64,000 bases of DNA from Amoebidium appalachense. Taxonomy: Eukaryota; Protista; Ichthyosporea. The position numbers were made by a program, and so were the translations under genes. Below, piece after piece: positions 54,004 through 64,000 of the stretch; the stretch's first letter is position 1; every line of letters begins with the position of its first letter. The notes beneath the pieces were generated by a model that worked only from the letters and a program-made list of their open reading frames with translations, made no database searches and had not been told where the DNA came from. The stretch is from positions 6,319,045-6,383,044 of the forward strand of contig CAVNZM010000009.1 in assembly GCA_963693365.1 (NCBI GenBank). The letters are read 5' to 3'.

Positions 54004-55366
54004 ATGGATGAGCATTGATTGGTGCATCCTAGAGAGGGTAATGGTGCACGGCTTTAAAATTTAGTCTACGTATATTTCTGTTGTTCAGAAGTATTGGGTA
54101 CGGTACGTTGTTGTTTTCTGTAGTTTATGAACATCTCAAGCTAGGAAAAATCTAGACTGGGGATATGTTGTTTTTGATTGGTATACGTAGTGGGTCATGT
54201 GATCTGATGACGATGGATTTTCAAAGAGTTGGAATAACGGTTATTTCGATTTTCTCTAAACATTTGAGGAAGGATATGTATAATGTCTCCGATGACAATC
54301 TTCAAGTCTGGGGCCGTAAGCTTACCAGCAAGAGGTGTCATTGAATGCGACTGGTGCGCATGAGAGATGCGGGGGGCAGAGTCTAAAATAAAACATTTTA
54401 AAGATCATGTCGGCTACTTAGATACATTGAACCCGGCGTGAATACTAACAGTGATTCCGCAGAAGATTATTTACAACACTGGAAGTTGTGCAAAATAATC
54501 TTTTGGTAATATATTGGTGGGTGTTTTTGCTCGGTAGCCTGAGGTGTGGTTGATTTGTGAAGCCACTGACTAGTATAGTCCCGAGGGACGTGAATCGCTT
54601 TGAGAGTGTTTGCTAGCCACTAGGAATACATTTGCAAGTTTCTCCCGTGTTTCCTTTCGCATTATTAGCCTCACTTATACGCATGTGCTTAAAGCCAAGG
54701 CAATTCGAATTTCGAAGTTACTATAAATGCGCTATGTTTTGCCTAAGAAATAAGATATTAGACCCTACCAACCCTACTGTGTATTTTCGATAACGTGCCT
54801 CCGTGCCCTCTCCCCTTCCCCCCCCCCCCCCCCCTCCTTCCCCCCCCCCCCCCCCCCCCCCCCCCTTCCCCTCGACGTGGAAATTAAGAACGTGAGAGCC
54901 ATGGTCCCCAAAAATCAAGATAAATAGACACTATTCTCCAAAGATAAATAGACACTATTTTCCAAAGTGTCAACTACTTTAAATTTTAACCACCCCCTGT
55001 ATGTACACTCTGATTCCCATTTAGCTATAGCTACATCCTATGCTCACACACACGACTAATTACTTTCACGCACTTCTCAAAGTAGTCAAATGCGCCATCG
55101 TACAAGGTACCCCACTAGTATCTGATATGGTACGATATGGTTAAGCCTCTTAAAGGTCTAAAACATATTTAAAACAACACCTGCCAGGAGAGAAGGGACA
55201 CTCTTAAGACACTTTTAGGGCTGTATGAGCGGATGCTGCTCCCCACGCTCGTCTCGAAAATCCTGAACTTGGGAGTTTCGTTTCATTGAATTTTAAATTT
55301 CTATTTTTTTGTGCCAAGGTGAAGGCCAACGCATAATCCATGCACATACGAAGCCACGCGGTGACC

Positions 55367-55400
<34 letters not shown>

Positions 55401-55538
55401 CCACCTCCCCCCGGACGTGCCTTCTGAACCATTACGACACATGCTCTCTTCTAGCATTTTCTTTCCTCAGAACCCCAACTTGATATTTAATCTACCTCTA
55501 CCGAAACCCCCCCCCCCCTCCTCCCCCACCTTCCAACC

Positions 55539-55569
<31 letters not shown>

Positions 55570-56089
55570 AAAAAACTTCCATCCACCCACACACGTATAC
55601 AAAATCATTGTTTTGAATCTCAAGTTCCTCTCTTCCTCATGCTGGAAGACCCCAATTGTGACGGTGTGCAATAAAAGGCCGATAAACGGCAATAAAATCT
55701 TCGAATCATCCGCACTATATGCCATTTCTGCCCCCTGCCCGCCCCACCCCCCCCCCCCCCCCCTCCCCCTCCCCCCCCCCCCCCCCCCCCCCCCCCTCCC
55801 CCCCCTCCTCCTCCTTCCCTTCTCCACCACAACCCTCGGGTCCTCCGTTGTTTACACCCCCCTTTCTGTCCCACACTTGAAACTTGTTGGTTGGCGTGTG
55901 AGTACTTTTCAAAAGATGCTTGTGTGTCCTTGGGTTGTTTACGGGGGAGGGGGGGGGGGGGGGGGGGGGGGAGGAATAAATTATTGGGGGGGGAGGGGGA
56001 GAGGGGGGGAGGGGGTGGGGGGAGGGGGTGGGGGTTAAATGCAGTAAAATTTTAATCCTATGCAGATCTGCTGTGGAATATGTGTGTAC

Positions 56090-56240
<151 letters not shown>

Positions 56241-57449
56241 GGGGGGGGGGGAGGGGAGGGGGGAGGGGGGACGGGTGAGCAGAATGAATGGGCTCCTCAG
56301 GTACTGCCGCAGTTTTTGTGGCATATGTGTGTGTAACTATCTGAATACTGTGCCCGGTGTTTGGCTAGCGCTGTGCCCGGGTGGGAGTTTACATTAACAC
56401 TCGGGGGTTTATCATATGATATGTATCAAGATCATAAAGGGTACACTCATGCATAAGGGCACACGTTCTGTTTCCGGATTGGCCAGAGGGAGCGGCCAAA
56501 TAGGTGCAATGATCCCCAGTTCAGTGTTCTAGACCTCTAGCTTGCATCCACACCTCCCTGCCCAACGAATTTTGTCCTACGTTTGGAATTGTGCATTCTC
56601 CCACCCTCTCCCTTTTCTCTTCTCTCCCATTCCTCTCCCCCCCCCCCCCCCCCCCTCTCTCCCCTCCCCCCTCCCCCCCCCCCCCCCCCCCCCCCCACAC
56701 ACACACCCCTTCCCCCCTCCCCCCCCCTCCCCCCCCCCCCCCCCCCCCGGCCCCCGCCCTTCTCCACCCCCAAACCCAAACCCGACCTCAAATTTTTATA
56801 CCCCTTCGAGCGTTCGCTCCTCCGACTTGCTGGTGCACACATACATCACTTCGAGGCCTGCCATAGCAGTTAACGCTTATACTTGTTCTAATATGCGTTT
56901 TCATGCCCCACCCGCGTCTGCAGCATCTCTATTTGCTGTATTACCTTGCCACTAATAAATGTAATGCTAGCTGGCAGGCTAACTAATTCTTAGTGTAAAT
57001 TTGTAAATAAAAATAAAAATAAAAAACGCGCAAATTTAATCACTCTTCAATCGACATGCCCCCCCCCCCCCCCCCCCCCCCCCACCCTGGCCCCTCCCAC
57101 CCCTCCCCCCTTGCCCACACCCCACCCCCTCTCCCTCCTCCTCCTTCACCCCCTCCCTCCATCCTTCCCTCCCTTTTCCACTCGGCTCTTCTTCATTCTG
57201 GAGCGTCGCACCTCAATCTCGAAAAGGTCACGCGTACACAACATAAGCACCGCCACCACTACTCCACGTATCTCACGTAGCAGAGCCACATATTTTGCTA
57301 TGACAAGAATTCACACTATCTTGAGCCTGAGAAAAGTAACAATGAAATGCCCATGTAAAATCAATATCACTATTATGAGTAATTTACAAATAACTGGTTG
57401 GTCTTCCCGGATTACGATTAGTAGCTGTGAAGGTTCAGGTGAAACCAGT

Positions 57450-57485
<36 letters not shown>

Positions 57486-58597
57486 CCCTCTCCCTCCCTT
57501 CTTCCCTCCCTTCCCCCCCCTCCCCCCTTCCCCCCCCCCCCCCCCCCTTCCCCCCTCCCAAGCCTCCCTTGCTGTTTCTCCAACGTCACCTGTGTTTAAA
57601 AAAGTGTGCTCGGCTGGAATTGCTGATTAGCCATGTGTGAAACCAATCTGAGAAAACTCATTAGCCAAGGTTTCACGTTCACGAGTCGCACATGTACATG
57701 TGACATCGGTGGTACTGCGGCGGCAGCTCCAATATTTCAAAATGCACTCATGAACCGAAATCGCCTTTCTCTGTCCACTGAGAGATCGGATTCCAAACTC
57801 ATCATCGTGCCTCCATATTTTTGTGTATTGCAGCATGCACTGCAATGTCCTTTAAATCTGCTTTAATGTGCTATAAATGTGCTTCAAATGTGCTTAAAAT
57901 TTAAATCAAAATAAGCTGCCGACCAACGTCATAATGAAACGATAACTACTCTATCTCCCCCGGCACATGCCCAACCCCTCCCCCCTCCCCCCCCCCTCCC
58001 CCCCCTCTCCCCCCCTCCCGCCTCCTCCCCCCCCCCCCCCCCCGCCACCCCATCCACTCTTTCTACCGGGTCCCTCCCCCCCCCCCCCCCCCCCCCCCCC
58101 GATATCCCCCCCCCGTCACATGATAACACTGACAGCCAATGATTATCATTCCATTCATCTTACCTCTGCTGCTACATAGACAATGACGCGTGTGCCCACT
58201 GCAAAGAATCCCCCCCCCCCCCCCCCCTTTGCCCCGTCCCCCCTCCCCTCCCCCTCCTCTCTCCCCCCTCCCCTCCCCCCGGCTCACACAGAAGCATCTC
58301 GATATTTAATGGCATCCTCCTCCTCCCCCCCTCCCCCCCCCCCCCCCCCTCTATTCCCGTGCATAAAAGAACACCTTCTCGCTGTATCCTGCTTTGGAGA
58401 AGAGGGGGAGGGTGGGGTGGAGTTGGGGGCGGGGGCGGGGGGGCGGGGGGGGGTGGGGGGAGGGGGGGGAAGGAAGCAAACTTAATCCTCCACCATCCAT
58501 CTTTACTAATACATACGGACACACGAGCACACACGCACACACACAAACACGCACGCGCACACGCACACTCGCACTCGAACACACACACACGCACTCG

Positions 58598-58690
<93 letters not shown>

Positions 58691-59352
58691 ACACATCCAA
58701 CGGCACTGCCTAGGTTTTACTGCATTTATCTCCCTCCTCTCCCCCTCCCCCCCCTTCCCCCCCTTTCATCATGATGTCTCTCTCCCCCCCCCCCCCCCCC
58801 CTCCACACACACACGTCCACAAGGGCCCCTTTCTCTACAAAGGACACAGAATCATCTTGTGAATAGTACTCACACGCCAACCAACAATATGTTAGTGTGG
58901 GCCAGAAATGGGAATATAAACAACAGAGAACCCGGGGATTGAGAGGGAGAAGGCGGCTGCCGGGGGCGGGGGGAGAGGGGGGGGGGGGGGGAGGGGGAGG
59001 AGGGGGGAGGGGGGGGGGGGGAAGGGGGGAAGGGGGAGATGGCAGGGAGGGGGCAGAATGTCATATAATGCGGATGATTTGAAGATTTGTTTTCCGCTTG
59101 TGTAGCCTTTTATAACACACGGTCATATTTTGGGGGGTTCCAGCATGAGGTAGAGAGGAAAGAGTTTTAAAACAATCACTTTGTATTTGTGTTTGGGTGG
59201 GTGGATGTGCTTGTGGTAATGGTGGTGGTGGGGGCCCCCGGGGGGGGGGGGGGGGAGGGGGGATGATAGGGGTTCGGTAGAGCTTGCACTATCAAGTGGA
59301 GAAGAGAGCATGAGTGGTGGTGGTTCAAAGGGCGTGAGGGGAGTGTGTGTAT

Positions 59353-59401
<49 letters not shown>

Positions 59402-60441
59402 GGAGGTTACGGCATGGCTTAGTATGTGCATGGATTATGCGTTGGCCTTCACGTTTGCACAAAAAAAATAAGACATTAAACTTAAATAAAACGCCCTTCA
59501 AATGTAAGAATTTTCGAGACGAGTGCGGGGAGCTTCATCCGTTTATAAAGTCCTTAAGGGGTGAAGGTGTCCCCCTCTTTATTTTTTTTTAAGGCCTTAT
59601 TAAACCATGTCGTACCATGTGGGATGTGGGGTGCCTTGGATAATGGGGCGTTTCGGGAGGGAAAAAAAGAAAGAAAAAAAAAAACGTGAAAACAAGTAGT
59701 CATGTGTGAGGTCGGTAGCTAGGGTTTATTAAAGTGTGTGTATGTGGCTTAAGCACCATGCGTATAACTGAGCCAGCAAATAGCAAAAGGTAACATGGGA
59801 GTTCTCCAAATTCGCAAACGTTTTCCTGGTGGCTAGTAGCACCGGAACACGATAAAAGCTACTCACGTATTCTCTCTCGGTCTACATGGTCTACAGTATT
59901 CTACCCCGTGGGTTCCCGGATCAACCACACCTTAAAGCACAAACATGCACCAATTGCTACCGTAAATTTTGCACAACTCCAAGTGTCGTACATAAAGCCC
60001 CTTCGGAATTATGTTCATGAAGTCAATCTGAGCCGCAGACCTATTTTTTATATTTTATTTTAGAATCCCCCGCATCTCCAATGCGCACCAGTCGCATTCA
60101 ATGACAGCTCTTGCTGGTAGGCTTACGGCCTCAGACTTGAAGATTGTCATCGGAGATATTATATCCTTTTTCAAATGTTTAGAAAAATTCGAAAAACCCG
60201 TTATTCCAAATCGATGGAAATACATAGTCATCATCTCACATGACTCATTGCCAATTAAAAACACCATCTTCCCGGTCTAGATTTTTCCTAGCTTGAAATG
60301 TTCGTAAACTAGCGAAAACAAAAACTAACCGTCTTCAAACTCTTTTTAGCAACAACAATACAAGTATACACCAACTCGAACTTTGATCGGAGCCACTGCA
60401 CCATTACCCTCTCTAGGATGCACCAATCAATGCTCATCCAT

Positions 60442-61897
60442 CTATGGCTTGCAGTCAATGTCCCTCCCATGACTGAACACGGTTGTGGCAGAGTCAGCCT
60501 TCCCACGGTGCATACGCATAACCTGCCTGGTTGTGTAGAGGGATGACATGCACAATAGAACCACAACCACCAAAACCACGCACAGGAGCGAAAGGAAAAC
60601 AACCTCCTTCGATTGCAGCCCCTCAAAAACAGTGTTCAAACCCTGGAAGTCACCGGAAGAAAATACAGCCGGGGCCGGGGCGCCGAGAAGCGCATAAACA
60701 CCGCTATCAGCATACGGACGGCTCATACCATAGGCGAGGGGTACGACGGGCCGGGGGGCTGGGTTTGAGAGGTCCAATTGTTTCAGGTCAATTTCAACCA
60801 AATTTGGGCGTGCGGGCAAGCGGTAGTAGTACTTAGCCTCCTTGTGATCCCTCACAACTTGGAACACGGTGGTGCCGGCCGCGCCGTTCGGTCTGTCAAA
60901 GTCATAGCCGCCCTTTCCGCGCATCACCCTACCCACCGTCACCCACGCAACGTACACCGCGTCAACCTGTGGGTCTGTGTTTGCAAACGACGGGTCGTAG
61001 TTTTCCTTTGTGGTGTTGAACCAAAGACCCTCCGTGCGTGTGGCGGCTTCATTCAAGACTGCGAGTTGAAGGAAACGGTCCTCTGAGAGGTAGGAGCCGG
61101 ACTGCTGCTGGCCGGATTTGAGCGTGTCGTAGGTTGCGTTTGCGAGCTCGGAGATGTCGGTGAGGTTAAGGCGCTTTGTGGCACCCGCAATCTGTTCCTC
61201 GTAAGGGGGTTGGTTGGTGAGGACAGCGGGGTAGTCGTTCTCATAGACGCACTGACGTGCACCGGCCGCATCGTGCGTGTTTGATGGACTGCTGAAGCAT
61301 GCTGGGGCGGAGGCGTTGTACTGGTTGGGAATGTATTCGACAAGGAGGGACTTCCCTTGTGCGTCGTGAAACACAAAGTGTTGTGGGGAGGGTGCCGCCG
61401 GGGAGGCGGGCGAGAAGGGGGCTCGTTCCGTCCACTACTTGCCACGAGTCGAGCTCCTTTTTTACACAAGCGATGGTGTCGCACACGGACAGCATGTACA
61501 GGGGCATGGAGTGGACTGGGAGGGCAGGGCGAGTGTCCTCCTTGACCAAATGAGGGTACGAGGTGATGGGGAGGAAGAGCGTCCCTACGGGAAGACCAAC
61601 TTCGTTCAACCCGTCAGACGCGAAGTTCTGGTGAAGACCACCAATGTACACGGAATCATACTTTGCAGTCACGTCTGGGAGCGTGCAATTGGGGCAGTCT
61701 GTGAGCTAAAACATGAACACTTTGCTGCCCTGCGGGCTGGTGTGCAGGTCGAAATGCAGGTCAGGCATGCCCCAGTCCATGTTCCGCGCTGAAACTGGGT
61801 GGGTGGTCGCCAAATGGCGCAAAAACACTTCGCTGCAGGCGTAGGCGCTGCTTGCGCAAATAGCCAAGTAGGCCGCAAGGGTGTGTTTGGAAAACAT
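60442..61897 (-). pseudogene. Disrupted inverted paralog of the Ntn-hydrolase (CAG>TAG at 61706-61708; +1 frameshift near 61385)
   Basis: ORFs 61706..62020, 61241..61672 and 60442..61374 are collinear with, and highly similar to, 52549..54003. Confidence 0.88.
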
Positions 61898-62540
61898 GGT
61901 GCTGCTTTGCCGGGGCCGTTGTGTTTTGGATTTGTGTATGCTGGTGACTGTGTGATTGAGTGAGGAGAAATGATCCAGCTGTCCAGTGTATATACTCGAG
62001 CAGCCAAACTGGGTAGCCAATAGGATAGAGCTTTGAAGACCGCCAATCAGATTCTATGGCTCAGTCCTCAGGCTCACAACAATTTATCCAATCATGTTTG
62101 TAGAATCAGTATACAAATATGTAGGAATGCATTTGACTTTGAGGCGGATGAACAGCGGAGCAGCTACTTAGGCATTACATAGGTGGTGCTTGTGGTAGTC
62201 ATTTCGTTGCATAAAGTATCGTAGCTCGTTTGTTTAGGTAGCTTGTCTATATTTGTCTAAATACAGTTATAATTGGGTGCGTGGCACCGCCTGGGGCTTT
62301 GACTTTCCTTCGTATACGACTCCTCGTGAGGGCTCTGATGACATTGTCGGTGCATTCCATTTGTATTCCGGTAATCATCATGTGCGGCCTGGCCTGGGCT
62401 CGCGGCGGCTGTTGAGAGAGAGCTGGGCTCGAGTCCAGTGTGTAATTACGAAAACGAGCCCAATCTGAGTAGCAGCAGGCTACGAACCCAGTCAACGGGT
62501 TCCAATTTTCTAAAAAGATTTGCTCGCGGCAGTACAAACA

Positions 62541-62699
62541 TTATTTTGTGCATATTGCAAGTGTGAAATGCATGACATAATGCACGTGTCTTCCTGCTCG
62601 ACCCTGTGTACCTGATGTCGATGTCCGGATCCGCATGAAAAAGCAAGCAGTCAAGCAGGATGAAGAAGTATCCCATCCCCCCTCCCTCCCTCCCCTCGA

Positions 62700-62740
<41 letters not shown>

Positions 62741-62989
62741 CCCCATCTGATCATGAGGTTCTTCCTCCCTCCTACCTTCGAAGGTCTTCCCTCCCTCCCA
62801 GCGGAGGCACGTACCAATTGACCAGCTGAACTTCACAAGATTGATCTCTCTCTTTATCTCCCAGTAAGTGGTGCACACACACACACGTCGTATCATGATG
62901 CAGACATCAGGTGTATACACAGGGTCGAGCATGAAGACATGTACATTATCATGTCGTGCATTTTACACTTGCAATGTGCGCAAAATATT
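62541..62989. mobile_element. MITE/foldback-like element with imperfect terminal inverted repeats of about 80 bp
   Basis: 62541-62619 (attttgtgcatattgcaagtgt...gtcttcctgctcgaccctgtgtacctgatgtc) is complementary to 62903-62989. Confidence 0.7.
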
Positions 62990-63430
62990 AAATATGATGT
63001 ACGCTAATTAGTATTAGCTGCTGCAAAACTTTTAATTTGATGCGAGTGGTTATTCGTGATTTTTATTTTTTTATTTTTTCTTTGGTTATCAACACACCCC
63101 ACGAGGGTTGGCCTCAATTTATTCTTCATAATATGACGGTAGTGTTCAAGACAGTCACTTGCTCATCATGAAAGTATCTACATATGAATGCATATGGTCA
63201 CAAGCTTCCTGCGAAATCTGGATTTTCTGTTCCGCAAAAATACAACGGAAACCTCAAATAAACAGCCAACAAAGAATTTCGTTCGCCCACGCTGAACACA
63301 TGCCAGTGGGCGGCACAGTGTGCAAAATGTATGCGAGATTGGTGTGTGCACGCGCTCCTGGTGTGTGTGTGTGCATGCGCGCGCCCCTGCACGCACGTGC
63401 GTGGATGTGTCCGTGTATGTGTCCGTGTAT

Positions 63431-63505
<75 letters not shown>

Positions 63506-64000
63506 CACACACACACGCGTGACCTAGTCTTTGGGTAACGTGAGGTTATGGTGTGTATGGGGGGTTGGGGGGTTGGGGGGGGGGGGGGGGGGGGAACAGG
63601 GTAGGGGAGAGGGGGAGAAGAGGTTAGAAGGGCAGGCACTGCCAGGCAGTCCTAATCGTTAACAAGAAAGGCTCTCCAAGTAATCCCCCCCCCCCCCCCC
63701 CCCCCCCGCGCCCCACAAAAAAAAATTAAAATAAAATAAATGAAAATAAAATAAAATGAAAAACACTACTTGACCCTGTCTATTTTGAGGCACTGGGCTA
63801 CGAAGTCAGTCACGTGATGCATCTCCAATGGGCATGCCCCGTGGTCCAGCCCAGGGTAGATGCGCTGCTGCACAGTGAACCCCTTGGCTTCCAGCCACTG
63901 CCGTCCTCGATCACTGTAGCTCACTACAAGTGTGTGTGTATGGATGTTGTACGTGTGTGTGTGTGTGTTTGTGGTGAAAGTGTGTGTACGAGTGTGTGGG

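Overview
Eukaryotic genomic window. It is intron-rich, and its introns and intergenic DNA are saturated with poly-G/poly-C, (CA)n and (CT)n tracts; a unicellular holozoan-like source is a guess, not established. Almost all ORFs in the supplied track are simple-repeat artefacts. Supported content, in order: (1) a tail-to-tail inverted pair of disrupted two-exon F-box/LRR genes (about 1.6-13.6 kb); (2) a 15-exon GLE1 gene on the minus strand, reconstructed by hand (about 680 aa); (3) a divergently transcribed 3-exon UBL5/Hub1 gene whose first intron is U12-type; (4) an intronless PC-esterase/TBL-type membrane protein; (5) a two-ORF APE-type non-LTR retrotransposon with a poly(A) tail; (6) a tail-to-tail inverted pair of intronless, bacterial-type choloylglycine hydrolase/penicillin V acylase genes with a signal peptide and C-terminal TM, one intact and one disrupted; plus MITEs and a co-oriented intronic repeat family. 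The most unusual observations are a 24/26-nt complementarity between the LINE 3' terminus and the start of ORF2 3.2 kb away, a 29-bp perfect inverted repeat bracketing an inverted coding segment in an F-box gene, and duplicated exon tails with splice donors inside GLE1 introns. All analysis was done by eye; no database searches were run.
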